From sequence record SRR20825006_1817: DNA of 43,755 nt, one strand, 5' to 3'. Below, in pieces: positions 10,199-19,821 of this stretch. Position numbers and translations under genes: made by a program. Below the pieces are notes generated by a model. The model saw nothing but the letters and a program-made list of their open reading frames with translations. It was not told the origin of the DNA and searched no databases. Positions within the stretch are counted from its first letter, which is position 1; the number at the start of each line of letters is the position of its first letter.

Positions 10199-10633
10199 TT
10201 AACGCTTCAAATAGGTCAGTCCCACTTCCAGGCCCGAAGCAAGTTCGTACAGGCTCGTACTCTGCAACATGGTCCGTAGATTGGTTCGGATGTCAACGAA
10301 CCTGTCGTGCAGCGGGCAGGGCATTTCAGCATTACATTCCTTTAGACCAAGACCACAACCTACATAGATCTTGTCCCCATCAATGGCCTTTACGATCATA
10401 CTGAGCTTTACCGTATCCATAGCTCCGCGGTCAATCTCAAATCCACCTGTAGGCCCCTTTACCGAATGGACAATATTGTTCCGGGTGAGCTGTTGTAGGA
10501 TTTTCGCGGTGAAGGCCACCGGGGAATCGATTTCCTCCGCGATTTCGGTTACACTCACGCGTCTCCCATCTAAGGACTGTAGCGCAATGTAAACCGCTGC
10601 CCGAATACCATACTCACATGCTTTTGAGAACAT
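10199..10633 (-). CDS. Rrf2 family regulator (paralog 2, NsrR-like context)
   Basis: MFSKACEYGIRA, SVKGPTGGF, CGLGLKECNAEMPCPLH; directly upstream of ric. Confidence 0.93.
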   Translation of the reverse strand: MFSKACEYGIRAAVYIALQSLDGRRVSVTEIAEEIDSPVAFTAKILQQLTRNNIVHSVKGPTGGFEIDRGAMDTVKLSMIVKAIDGDKIYVGCGLGLKECNAEMPCPLHDRFVDIRTNLRTMLQSTSLYELASGLEVGLTYLKR

Positions 10634-10654
10634 TTATCACTGTTTCTTGCGCTA

Positions 10655-10694
10655 CAAAGATAAGGTTTAATTTAACTAGGACAAAATTATCCTT
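10655..10694 (-). promoter_or_regulatory. -7 element TATCTTTG (10655-10662) plus putative Rrf2 operator TAGGACA-AAAT-TATCCTT (10677-10694)
   Basis: Exact TAnnTTTG and palindrome copy upstream of Rrf2 paralog 2. Confidence 0.65.
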
Positions 10695-10723
10695 TATTAT
10701 TTTTTCAAACAACTCTGAAAAAA

Positions 10724-11923
10724 TCAAGATTTGGTTCTATTATAAAATAGTATCAACATTAATCCCAAAAATATAAATAAGGAACAAAGGTTTAAGGCTA
10801 GGGCATATCCAGAAAAAACTTTCCATTGCAGCCAAGCCGAAACTCCTTTAAAGAAAATAAGGGTTTCCGTAAGCAAAAATCCCACCATATAAAAGGCAAT
10901 TGAAGATTTTGAAATTCGTAAAAGGTTACAATAGTCCATAAAAAGAAACAGCCCTAAACTGAGGACCCCTAAAAAGGTCAAATGCAGATAACCAATGGTA
11001 AAGTCAAGGTATCTTGTCGCCATTGTGGCAAAGTAGGGGATAGCAGTAATTAGTTGCAATATTATCTTTATGCAGGTAAGTACCACAACGGTCCATAACA
11101 ATCGGTTTTGCAGATTTGAAAGCAACAATACACCAATCCCGGTTTTGGTGAGTTTCCAAAAAAATAGAAAAGCACCAATCTGGACCATCGCCCCAATGCC
11201 TCCAAGAACATATAGCCATGTTGATGGTTCTGTCCATAAGGTGGATAGGAAGAATGTAAGGATGATGCCTATATGGATTGCTTTAAAAAAAAGGACAAAG
11301 CTTTTTTGGGGGATGATGTGGCCCCGTTGCTCCAAAACAAACAAGAACAACCCTAACAACGCCAATAGCATCCAACCATTATACTGAAAGTGAAGGTAAA
11401 AATAGATGGACAAACGGTACCAGATGGATTGGGGCCCCAACGTACTCATGATGGCTCCCAAAGCCCACGGCCCCAAACTTGAAACCACCATATAGATCAG
11501 TGAAGCTTTTACGCATTTTAAAGCATTGCTTTTTTTATGGGTAGGAGCAATGTTCTTCCAGAAATGGTAGGTGAAAATATAGGATACGATTAGGAACAAC
11601 GTGGAAAAAATAATGGAAAACAAGGCATAACCTTGGAAGGGAAAGGTCAGCAGCATCCCTACCAAAGTAATCTGGGTGCACCAAAAAATCCAGTTATAGG
11701 TGTTTTTGGATGTATCCTTCGCAAAACAATAGTGCAGTAAAGTGGTCAGGGCCACATATACCCAACCCAAAAGGGCAATGTGTGAATGGGCATGGACCAC
11801 GTACTTATAGTTGAAATCAAAAGAGAGCATGGAAAAGGAGCGGAGCAATAGGCCCAAGACTGCGGCTATGCAGAAATATAGTAAGGCAATTTGAAGCTGC
11901 CGTTTGTGTAGGTTCTTTTTCAT
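10724..11923 (-). CDS. Polytopic membrane protein with repeated His motifs (NnrS / heme-copper oxidase subunit I-like)
   Basis: About 12 hydrophobic segments; HAHSHIALLGW, YLHFQYNGW, YLHLTFLG. Confidence 0.6.
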   Translation of the reverse strand: MKKNLHKRQLQIALLYFCIAAVLGLLLRSFSMLSFDFNYKYVVHAHSHIALLGWVYVALTTLLHYCFAKDTSKNTYNWIFWCTQITLVGMLLTFPFQGYALFSIIFSTLFLIVSYIFTYHFWKNIAPTHKKSNALKCVKASLIYMVVSSLGPWALGAIMSTLGPQSIWYRLSIYFYLHFQYNGWMLLALLGLFLFVLEQRGHIIPQKSFVLFFKAIHIGIILTFFLSTLWTEPSTWLYVLGGIGAMVQIGAFLFFWKLTKTGIGVLLLSNLQNRLLWTVVVLTCIKIILQLITAIPYFATMATRYLDFTIGYLHLTFLGVLSLGLFLFMDYCNLLRISKSSIAFYMVGFLLTETLIFFKGVSAWLQWKVFSGYALALNLCSLFIFLGLMLILFYNRTKS

Positions 11924-11953
11924 GTTCTTATGGAAATAGAGCTACGGTCCCTA

Positions 11954-12736
11954 TTAAAAGTCCTTTCTTTTTGCTTTATGGCCCAAACCAAGTATGGGCA
12001 ATATAGTCCAAAGTAAAAGAATGGCCATGGAGACCAAAAAGCCCAGATCGGTACCGAAGAACTTTTTAAAAATGGCCCCAGTGTACCCCAGTAGGGCAGA
12101 GATGTCCAATTTGAGCAAGATCAAAATTCGGGAAAGATCAATAGGGTTGAGGGCAGTGGCCACCAAAGAAAACGTATCCAAAGGGTACTCCTCAAAAACA
12201 ATCAGGGACATCAGGAACAGCCCATCATAGACCACGGCCAAGAAAAGCCATAGTAGGACCGCATAGCCAAATCCCTTTATCTTGTTTTCGTTGGATATGG
12301 CAATCACAAAGGAAAGCCCCACAAATATGAAGGTCAGGAAAGCCCCGGTGACCAGCAGTAAGGTAAAATCAAAAATGGCATTGCTCCGCAAAAGACCATA
12401 CAGAACAAATGGAATGCCCAAGCCCAGGACCAGACTTAAGGTCAACGAGCCTGACACGCCAAAATATTGGCCCATAAAAATAGACCTTCGGTTGATGGGC
12501 TGTGCCAATAAAAGTTCGGTGAATTCACGGGAATTGTAGTAGTACATCACCCCAAATATGGTCCCTATCAATGGAATCAGTACAATGATGACGTTCATTA
12601 AGGTGATCACGGCCTTGGAAACATCGTTGTTCAGGAACAGTAGCACAAATCCAAGGGCAAGGTAAAACAAAAAGTAGACGTAGCTCCAGCGGCTGCGTAT
12701 GAGGTCGTAAAAGCTGTATTTCAATATTTTAAACAT
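11954..12736 (-). CDS. nosY: Nos ABC transporter permease
   Basis: Six TM segments, ELLLAQPINR, NPIDLSR; follows nosF. Confidence 0.92.
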   Translation of the reverse strand: MFKILKYSFYDLIRSRWSYVYFLFYLALGFVLLFLNNDVSKAVITLMNVIIVLIPLIGTIFGVMYYYNSREFTELLLAQPINRRSIFMGQYFGVSGSLTLSLVLGLGIPFVLYGLLRSNAIFDFTLLLVTGAFLTFIFVGLSFVIAISNENKIKGFGYAVLLWLFLAVVYDGLFLMSLIVFEEYPLDTFSLVATALNPIDLSRILILLKLDISALLGYTGAIFKKFFGTDLGFLVSMAILLLWTILPILGLGHKAKRKDF

Positions 12737-13442
12737 GGTTCCCTGTGGTGGTTATGGCCGCGATGGCGTGTTCAAAGTTATTTTCCCCGGTCTGTTCCAA
12801 AAGCTTTTCAATGCTCCCTTTAAAATAGATTTCTCCCTCGAGTAGATATAGGATTTCATCTGCCATTTCCTGCACAAACTGCATAATGTGGGAGGTAATC
12901 AAAATGGTCTTTCCCCTTGCTTTTTCTTTTTGGATCAATTCCTTTAAATGAATCAATGCCCTTGGGTCTAGACCTGTTGTGGGCTCGTCCAGAATAATCA
13001 GGGGACTGTTGAACATAAAGGTCAACACAATGTTCACTTTTTGCTTGGTACCCCCTGATAGCGTGGATAATTTTTTGTTCAGAAAGGGTTCCAGACCAAA
13101 GTGTTCAATGAGCTCTTTTTCTGCACTGGGACTGTTCCTTAGGTCCTTGATCATATGGATCAGTTCCTTTACCTTGATATTTGGGGGAAAGTTGGCAATC
13201 TGTGGAAGGTAATTGATTTGTTTTCGATACCTCCAATCCTTTTTAATGGGCTTATCCAGAATGGAAATGTGTCCCTTGTCCGGAATGACCATGCCCAGAA
13301 TACTCTTGATCAGGGTGGTCTTTCCCGAACCATTGGGTCCCAGAATCGCATAAATATGGCCTTCATCAATGGTCAGGTCCACACCTTTCAATACTTGGTT
13401 TTTTCCAAATTTCTTGTAGAGATCTGTTATTTCAATGGTCAT
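12729..13442 (-). CDS. nosF: Nos ABC transporter ATPase
   Basis: GPNGSGKT, LSGG, ILDEPTTGLD; between nosD and nosY. Confidence 0.92.
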   Translation of the reverse strand: MTIEITDLYKKFGKNQVLKGVDLTIDEGHIYAILGPNGSGKTTLIKSILGMVIPDKGHISILDKPIKKDWRYRKQINYLPQIANFPPNIKVKELIHMIKDLRNSPSAEKELIEHFGLEPFLNKKLSTLSGGTKQKVNIVLTFMFNSPLIILDEPTTGLDPRALIHLKELIQKEKARGKTILITSHIMQFVQEMADEILYLLEGEIYFKGSIEKLLEQTGENNFEHAIAAITTTGNHV

Positions 13443-14689
13443 GGTCGCGTTTTCATTAGAGGTTGGGCATCTTTTAAGTTATCTGGCGTGAACACAGGAG
13501 AGACCCGCTCAGAGAAATCAATGATATCCATAAATAGGCTTCGCAATAGGACAATGGTCTCAGGGGTGCGGTTTACCACATATGAAAATAGTTTTACAGG
13601 GCGATAAGGCACATCGCCAATACCGTCTTTGTCCAGGTCGTAGCCTGTATAACTGCTCCAAAAATTACCCTCGAAGACATTATCATTGAGTTTGCTGTTA
13701 TAGGAGATATCAAAGGTGTTGTACATAAAATTATTGGCCTTAAAACTATTGGTGTAGCAGGCCCCAACAACTCTAATGGCCCAACCATTGCCAATAAAGT
13801 CATTTTTGGTGTACTTGATCCTGTTAGATCCTTCAATATTAATACCTATGGTGTTTTCCTCAAACGTATTCCCAACAATCTCCGCATCATTGATTTCTTT
13901 CAGCAGCATCCCATAAGCGGCTGTTCCCCAATTTTTACGAAATGCATTGTTCTTCATGGTGATGAACTTGGAGAACATCACCGCGACTCCGGCACCGTTG
14001 TTTTCAAAAGTGTTGTTGGAGTACAGGTCATTGTTTGAGAACATAAAGTGGAGTCCATACCGGAGATTGTCCATACTTACATTGTCTGTAATGGTGATAC
14101 GGTCGGAAAACTCAAGATAGATACCATCCCTGGTACCTTGGACATGGTTTTTGAGCACTTCAATGTCCGAAGAGTACCAAAGTTGTATACCATTGCCGGA
14201 ATTGTATTCGTCCACGGCTTCCCCAATGATTCTATTATGGTATACCTTGCCGTGTGAAGACTTTTCCAGATAGATGCCAAAAAACAATTGTTCCAGCACC
14301 ATATTCTGAATGAGGAAGTTTTTGCTCTGAACCACCCGTATGGCGGCATTATCTTTGGTGTAACTGACCCCAACATTGATGATGAACAGACCGTCCAAGG
14401 TTACATCATCTGATTGTACCCTAAAGATTTCCCCTTTCTTTTCTCCATCAACAATGGGATAATCAATTCCTTTTATCACCAAGGGTTTGTCCACCAAAAT
14501 CTCAAATTCTTTGTAGGTGCCTTTTTCAATGCGTATCGTGTCATAATCAGAGGCCTGGGATATGGTTTTCTTAATGGAATTGTTCTCGCAGGTAGTACAG
14601 ACAGTCCATGTGTGTGCCATGCCCATTTGAAACCCCATCAATAGAATACAAGCCAAAATGAATTTTATATGTCTTTTCATTATTTTCAT
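13439..14689 (-). CDS. nosD: Nitrous oxide reductase maturation beta-helix protein
   Basis: GNGIQLW, RDGIY, RYGLHFMFS, GNFWSSYTGYDLDKDGIGD. Confidence 0.95.
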   Translation of the reverse strand: MKIMKRHIKFILACILLMGFQMGMAHTWTVCTTCENNSIKKTISQASDYDTIRIEKGTYKEFEILVDKPLVIKGIDYPIVDGEKKGEIFRVQSDDVTLDGLFIINVGVSYTKDNAAIRVVQSKNFLIQNMVLEQLFFGIYLEKSSHGKVYHNRIIGEAVDEYNSGNGIQLWYSSDIEVLKNHVQGTRDGIYLEFSDRITITDNVSMDNLRYGLHFMFSNNDLYSNNTFENNGAGVAVMFSKFITMKNNAFRKNWGTAAYGMLLKEINDAEIVGNTFEENTIGINIEGSNRIKYTKNDFIGNGWAIRVVGACYTNSFKANNFMYNTFDISYNSKLNDNVFEGNFWSSYTGYDLDKDGIGDVPYRPVKLFSYVVNRTPETIVLLRSLFMDIIDFSERVSPVFTPDNLKDAQPLMKTRP

Positions 14690-15120
14690 AATATACCTCC
14701 GCTTCGTGCACTAAACCCAACAAAAACAAACAATACGGCAATGATGGTTACGCTTAGAATATGCCAGGCCAAAGGCCGTAATTTCTTTTTGGGAATCAAG
14801 AAAAAACGAGCATGTGTGGCCAATCCTATGGTCAATATCAGCAAAATGAGCTTAAAGATAATATGCCTCGTATAATGGTCTTGCATTTCCAGCTTAAAAA
14901 GAGTCGGGGTATATACAGTGGCCATATAAATACCTGTTATTACCAAGACCAACAAGGAGGGGATACCGATTTTTTCATAACGCTCTTCAAAACTGGAAAT
15001 CACGGAAAAGTCATTATTTTTCAATGCTGCGGGCAAAAAACCAATGGATAAGATTAGATGTCCCCCTGTCCAGATCATGGCTGCCAATAGATGTACAAGT
15101 ATGACGATTTTTGGAACCAT
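14686..15120 (-). CDS. CopD-like 4-TM protein
   Basis: VHLLAAMIWTGG N-terminal motif, four TM helices with His residues. Confidence 0.7.
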   Translation of the reverse strand: MVPKIVILVHLLAAMIWTGGHLILSIGFLPAALKNNDFSVISSFEERYEKIGIPSLLVLVITGIYMATVYTPTLFKLEMQDHYTRHIIFKLILLILTIGLATHARFFLIPKKKLRPLAWHILSVTIIAVLFVFVGFSARSGGIL

Positions 15121-15125
15121 AACTT

Positions 15126-15425
15126 TTATCGGATAATCAAGAATTTTGTATCCTCATTGGCCATTACCCAATGTTCCACATTCTTTGAAAAACTAAAATG
15201 TTGTTGCGTTGTTAAATTAATCATTTGATTTTCTATAAAAAAATCGATGGAGCCTTCCAGTACAAAGAGATGTACATCTTTAGGAGACGAATGTTTAGGG
15301 AATAGGGCTCCCTTTGCCAAACTAACACTCAAAATTTCCATTGATGGGTTATTGACCAGCTGCTCCACTTGTAAGTCATCAAAAGGTTGTTGGGCAATGG
15401 TGTTATCGATACCGCTCATGTACAT
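15126..15425 (-). CDS. Cupin domain protein
   Basis: PKHSSP...VLEGSIDF...VEHWV cupin pattern. Confidence 0.8.
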   Translation of the reverse strand: MYMSGIDNTIAQQPFDDLQVEQLVNNPSMEILSVSLAKGALFPKHSSPKDVHLFVLEGSIDFFIENQMINLTTQQHFSFSKNVEHWVMANEDTKFLIIR

Positions 15426-15443
15426 TGTTGTTGTTTTTTGGAG

Positions 15444-15875
15444 TTATTGGTATTCTTGCTTCAATTGATTCCAGGTGAAAAGTTCCCCACCATTGTTATC
15501 CAAGGCAAATTGCGCAGCCTGATCTTCCGCAAATGCACTTAAAAAGGCACCCATTGGGCTTGGGATGTTCTCGCTGATCAAATAAGTGGCTTCTGCGGCA
15601 TCCATCAACTCACCCGGTTGGTCAAAATCATTGACCAAAAACAGGGCCATGGCGGATTCATCCTCGTCTTTCAAATGGTTCATCATGCACTCAATGGCAT
15701 CAAAGTTAAAGACCTTTCCCTTTTTTGTGACCAATTGTGCGGCGTGCTGTTTGTCCACAATGGTCATGCTGCAATAGTGGCAGCCCACGTGGCCATAATC
15801 AATAGGTTTGGGGCCTACGGAACATCCAATGATCAAGCAGAGAATGGTGAATAAAGGTATGATAAGGTACTTCAT
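15444..15875 (-). CDS. nosL: Copper chaperone lipoprotein
   Basis: Start at ATG 15875; lipobox IIGC, CHYCSM, FDAIEC, SPMG. Confidence 0.92.
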   Translation of the reverse strand: MKYLIIPLFTILCLIIGCSVGPKPIDYGHVGCHYCSMTIVDKQHAAQLVTKKGKVFNFDAIECMMNHLKDEDESAMALFLVNDFDQPGELMDAAEATYLISENIPSPMGAFLSAFAEDQAAQFALDNNGGELFTWNQLKQEYQ

Positions 15876-15886
15876 AGTGATAGGGA

Positions 15887-16498
15887 TTATTGTTTTTTTG
15901 AACTCTTCCAACCAATATAACCTGCAGCTAAGGTGAGCATCATACCCACGAACATGAGCCATCCCCCGGTGGAAGGTAAGGAGGTCACATCAAAATTGAG
16001 CATCTTCACATGTCCCAACAAAGGGGGTTTATAGGTCATCGGGGTACCGTCGGGGTTGGTCAATTTCATAATGGCATTGGGATCCAAGTTGGTGCCATAA
16101 TCCATAAGCCATGCATTAAAATCGTACATGCCCAATACACCCAAAATGGACATTAGTACAAACCATCCCCAAAACCATTTGTGGCCCACTTTGTTGAAAT
16201 ATCCCAAAATACCGATCAATACACCTAAAGCTACCATAGCTCCGATTATAATTGGGAATGTACCAAATTCCCACATATCCTCCACTTTGGGGAGGGTTTG
16301 CATGCCGATATAGTGGTTGAGACCATCTATATTTTGAATATCAAACTCATTGACACCTTTTAGACCGTTTATATGAATGTTCATCCCTAATGGGTCCGGA
16401 TATTGGGGCGCTCCCAACATAATGTTCCAAAGAGGAAAGAAGTACAATCCCAATAGAAAGAGAGGGCCAACGATCATTATTATACTAGCCTTTTTCAT
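15887..16498 (-). CDS. nosB: Clade II nos membrane protein
   Basis: PLW...APQYP, LNHYIGM, YGTNLDP, YKPPLLG; immediately after nosZ. Confidence 0.88.
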   Translation of the reverse strand: MKKASIIMIVGPLFLLGLYFFPLWNIMLGAPQYPDPLGMNIHINGLKGVNEFDIQNIDGLNHYIGMQTLPKVEDMWEFGTFPIIIGAMVALGVLIGILGYFNKVGHKWFWGWFVLMSILGVLGMYDFNAWLMDYGTNLDPNAIMKLTNPDGTPMTYKPPLLGHVKMLNFDVTSLPSTGGWLMFVGMMLTLAAGYIGWKSSKKQ

Positions 16499-16562
16499 TT
16501 TTTAAAAATTTATAGATTACAAACTGAGTGTGGTTTTTGAAGGTGGTTGATGTTCAATTTGT

Positions 16563-16599
16563 AAAAAAAAGCGGGCAGGTCATGGACACAGCCCGCTTT
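16563..16599 (-). terminator. Intrinsic terminator/processing hairpin after nosZ
   Basis: AAAGCGGGC...GCCCGCTTT stem followed by U8 on the minus strand. Confidence 0.7.
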
Positions 16600-16622
16600 G
16601 TTCATTGGTAAATCAATCCGAA

Positions 16623-18575
16623 TTATTCACCAAGTGACCATTTGAGCTCTATGTTGGAATTGGCAGGGGAGACCCTAACATAGCCTTGCATTTCTTGGTG
16701 CAGGGCAGAGCAGAAATCCGTGCAATAGAACGGCCATACTCCAACTTGTTTGGGTTCCCAGACCGAGGTCTTGGTCTGCCCGGGCATGATCAGAAGCTCG
16801 GAGGTGTTCTGACCGAGGATAGAGAAACCGTGCGGTACATCAAAATCCTGTTCGTGGTTGGTAATGTGGAAGTACACTTTGTCACCCACTTTAATACCTT
16901 CAATATTATCGGGGGTAAAGTGGCTTCGTATGGTGGACATGTACACATGGACCTCGTTGCCTTCGCGTACCACTTTGGAACCAGTGGGCGAGGTTACGGC
17001 ATAGGGGTGCTTGTTCTCATCCAAACGATAGATTTTCTTTGATTTTGGAGCCAAAATATCGGCTGGAATCCCTGCAGCATAGTGAGGCTCACCGTGCGTT
17101 GGAAAATCATAGATCAGTTCCATTTTCTCGCCAGAAATGTCATAGATCTGTGCGGAGTGCTCCATTTCGGGGCCTGTAGGCAAATACCTGTCTTTGGTGA
17201 TCTTGTTCATGGCCACTACGTATTTACCAAAGGGTTTTCTGGAGTTACCCCCTGGAATCATAAGGTGTCCTACGGAATAATAGGTAGGCTTTCTATCGAT
17301 GACCTCCCAAGTGCCCAATTTCCATTTTACCACTTCAGAAGAGATAAAGAAGGTAGTGTAGGCGTTTCCTTTACCGTCAAACTCGGTGTGCAATGGGCCT
17401 AGACCACCACTTTTTACCTGTCCGGCCAATACATCCTCAAACTTAAGGATTGGAATACCGTAGGCTTCACCGTCGAATTTCTCACCTTCTATGGCCGCTA
17501 TCATCTTGTCAAAAGAGTGTACGGTCAAGTCTGCAGACAGTTTACCATTTCCAATGATGTATTGCCCAGTTGGATCCACATCACAACCATGTGGCGATTT
17601 TGGAGTGGGCAAGAAGAATACGGCACCGGGCACCTTTAAAGGATCAACGGTCAATACCTCTTTTTTCATGGTGGTGGTTGCCATATGGGTGCTTTCATCA
17701 TAAACGTTGTGGGCATAGTTGGCAGGCATTTTGGTACCGCCGCCATTGTTCACGTATTCTTCGATTTTCTTCCAGTTGACCGCGGCAATAAAATCCTTGT
17801 CGTTCTGTGATGCATTTACCTCTTGAAGCGTGTGGGCTTCTTCTGTGTTATAGGTAGTAAAAAAGAACCATCCGTGTGATTTCCCACGACCGGGATGCGA
17901 AAGATCATAGTTGAACCCGGGCATCAACAATTGAAACTTCAAGTCCATATGACCGTGTTCTGGATCTACGCTGATAAAGGACAGAGATCCCTTGAAATTA
18001 CTTTTGTATTCATTGATGGGCATATCCCTTTGAGGAATGGGAACGGAGAAACGTGTTCCTGCCACTACATACTCCGTGTTCTCGGTAATGAATGAAGAAC
18101 TGTGGTTCCCGGCACTATTGGGTACCTCGATAATTTCTTCCGTTTCAAAAGTGCTCAAACTGATACGGGCAATCCTTGGGGTGTTGTTACCGTTGATGAA
18201 TATCCAACGACCATCCAACTCGCCATTGGTCTGCGAAATATCAGGGTGGTGGGCATCATCCCAAGGTACAAAACCGTGGGAGGTGGTCAGCATGGGCTTT
18301 GTTTCTTCAGAATATCCATATCCTGATGTTGGGAACTGGGAGAACACCGGAATCTCCTTGAACATCCTTCCAGAAGGAAGCCCATAAACGGTAAGGTTAC
18401 CGCTGTACCCGCCAGAAAGGAAAGCATAGTATTCGTCCTGCTCCCCAGGGGCAACATACACTTTTTCGGCGGCACTCGACGATAGCGCCCCATTGGAACT
18501 CTTGTTTTGTTGGCCACAGGAAACCAGTAATAAGGCGGCTCCCAGGCACATGGTCAATTGTCTATAGATTTTCAT
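16623..18575 (-). CDS. nosZ: Clade II (Sec/lipoprotein) nitrous oxide reductase
   Basis: Lipobox LVSC, no Tat motif; CuZ His motifs DAHH, GNH, SPHG, LHT, GH, EPH; CuA CTDFCSALHQEM. Confidence 0.98.
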   Translation of the reverse strand: MKIYRQLTMCLGAALLLVSCGQQNKSSNGALSSSAAEKVYVAPGEQDEYYAFLSGGYSGNLTVYGLPSGRMFKEIPVFSQFPTSGYGYSEETKPMLTTSHGFVPWDDAHHPDISQTNGELDGRWIFINGNNTPRIARISLSTFETEEIIEVPNSAGNHSSSFITENTEYVVAGTRFSVPIPQRDMPINEYKSNFKGSLSFISVDPEHGHMDLKFQLLMPGFNYDLSHPGRGKSHGWFFFTTYNTEEAHTLQEVNASQNDKDFIAAVNWKKIEEYVNNGGGTKMPANYAHNVYDESTHMATTTMKKEVLTVDPLKVPGAVFFLPTPKSPHGCDVDPTGQYIIGNGKLSADLTVHSFDKMIAAIEGEKFDGEAYGIPILKFEDVLAGQVKSGGLGPLHTEFDGKGNAYTTFFISSEVVKWKLGTWEVIDRKPTYYSVGHLMIPGGNSRKPFGKYVVAMNKITKDRYLPTGPEMEHSAQIYDISGEKMELIYDFPTHGEPHYAAGIPADILAPKSKKIYRLDENKHPYAVTSPTGSKVVREGNEVHVYMSTIRSHFTPDNIEGIKVGDKVYFHITNHEQDFDVPHGFSILGQNTSELLIMPGQTKTSVWEPKQVGVWPFYCTDFCSALHQEMQGYVRVSPANSNIELKWSLGE

Positions 18576-18609
18576 TGTATTAGGTTTTATTCGTTCTTTT
18601 TTGATTACA

Positions 18610-19191
18610 TCATTGAGTAGGGGGTAGGATGACTTTGTCCACTACATGTACAATCCCATTTCCTGCGGGGATACTGGCGATTATTTTGGCACCACCCACA
18701 AAAACATCATCCCCTTTGATTTCCACAGGGACATTTTGGTCATTGGCCTGTCCCAATTTTTTGAAGTTTTTCAAAAAGTCCTTGGAGTAGTTGCCAGCGG
18801 TGACATGGTACTTGAGAATATTGGCCAAGGCACCCTTGTTCTCGGGCTTTAACAGGTCTTCCACGGTACCTTCGGGCAGGGCCTCAAAAGCACTGTTTGT
18901 GGGGGCAAAAACCATAAGAGGGCCCGCGTTGACCAGGGCATTTTCAAGGTCTGCTGCCTGTACTGCTGCGACCAACGTACTGTGGTCAGATGATATAATG
19001 GCTATCTGTAACACATTAGGGGTGGATTCATCGTCTTCAATAAAGGCCTGACCCTTATTGTTTTCCAGAATGGCCTCGGTATCATTTTGGCCAGAAGCTG
19101 TGGTATCGTTCTGGGCTCCGTTTTTACAACTGCTGTTGAGAGCGAGTGATAAAAATAGCCCCATCATACTGAGTTTGATGGTTGATTTCAT
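18610..19191 (-). CDS. Fasciclin domain lipoprotein
   Basis: Start at ATG 19191; lipobox NSSC, VFAPTNSAF, ILKYHV, NGIVHVVDKVILP. Confidence 0.92.
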   Translation of the reverse strand: MKSTIKLSMMGLFLSLALNSSCKNGAQNDTTASGQNDTEAILENNKGQAFIEDDESTPNVLQIAIISSDHSTLVAAVQAADLENALVNAGPLMVFAPTNSAFEALPEGTVEDLLKPENKGALANILKYHVTAGNYSKDFLKNFKKLGQANDQNVPVEIKGDDVFVGGAKIIASIPAGNGIVHVVDKVILPPTQ

Positions 19192-19196
19192 ATATT

Positions 19197-19706
19197 TTAT
19201 TTTAAGGTCCTGAAGTATTCTAGAACGGCCCGGGCCTGGTCTTCGGTCAATCCTTGGTTGGACATGGGCGATCCGTTGAACTCCTTGAGTAGGTCTTTTG
19301 CAAGTGGGTCTTGTTGAACCATTTCCTGGGGATTCAAGATCATGTTCATAATCCATTCGGGAGTTCTTCGCTCCAATATACCGTTGGGGGGTGGTCCTAT
19401 GAATTTCTTGCCTACCCTATGACAGGCCAGACACATTTGTTCATAGACCCCCTTGCCATTTTCGGCCATTGATTGATCTATTTCTGGGGCCAAGGTTACG
19501 GATTTGATCGGGCCCACGCCTTTTGAGGTCAAATCCACACGCTCAGACGCTTTGTCGTTAGAGGTGTTGGTTTCAACACGCTGTTCGGTTGAAGCCTTTT
19601 TCCGTTGTACGCTAAAGCCCTCTTCTTTTTTCTCTTCTTTTTTTCCTCCACAGCCCATTAAGATGAGCGCAAAGAGTAGGGTCATTCCTTTAAGAATTGT
19701 CTTCAT
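19197..19706 (-). CDS. Monoheme cytochrome c lipoprotein (probable NosZ electron donor)
   Basis: Lipobox LMGC, CLACH, distal PM; first gene of the nos operon. Confidence 0.9.
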   Translation of the reverse strand: MKTILKGMTLLFALILMGCGGKKEEKKEEGFSVQRKKASTEQRVETNTSNDKASERVDLTSKGVGPIKSVTLAPEIDQSMAENGKGVYEQMCLACHRVGKKFIGPPPNGILERRTPEWIMNMILNPQEMVQQDPLAKDLLKEFNGSPMSNQGLTEDQARAVLEYFRTLK

Positions 19707-19731
19707 TTGTTAAAAGGTTAAAATTTCGTAT

Positions 19732-19775
19732 CAAAAATAGTGTAGGGGCTATATCAAAAACATGATATAAATCAT
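19732..19775 (-). promoter_or_regulatory. Fnr-like box ATGAT-ATAA-ATCAT (19762-19775) + 22 bp + TATTTTTG, nos operon promoter
   Basis: Perfect arms and exact -7 consensus. Confidence 0.75.
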
Positions 19776-19778
19776 AAA

Positions 19779-19796
19779 AAGGATAAAAATGTCTTT
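19779..19796. promoter_or_regulatory. Putative Rrf2 operator AAGGATA-AAAA-TGTCTTT
   Basis: Motif copy in the divergent nos / Rrf2 paralog 3 spacer. Confidence 0.7.
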
Positions 19797-19821
19797 TAAT
19801 CTTTGTTTGATATAAAATAAC

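Noticed and set aside
8927-19356. Long N-terminal extensions given by the ORF track (starts 9073, 15962, 19356)
   Set aside because: They overlap upstream genes; internal ATGs at 8926, 15875 and 19191 give clean starts or signal peptides
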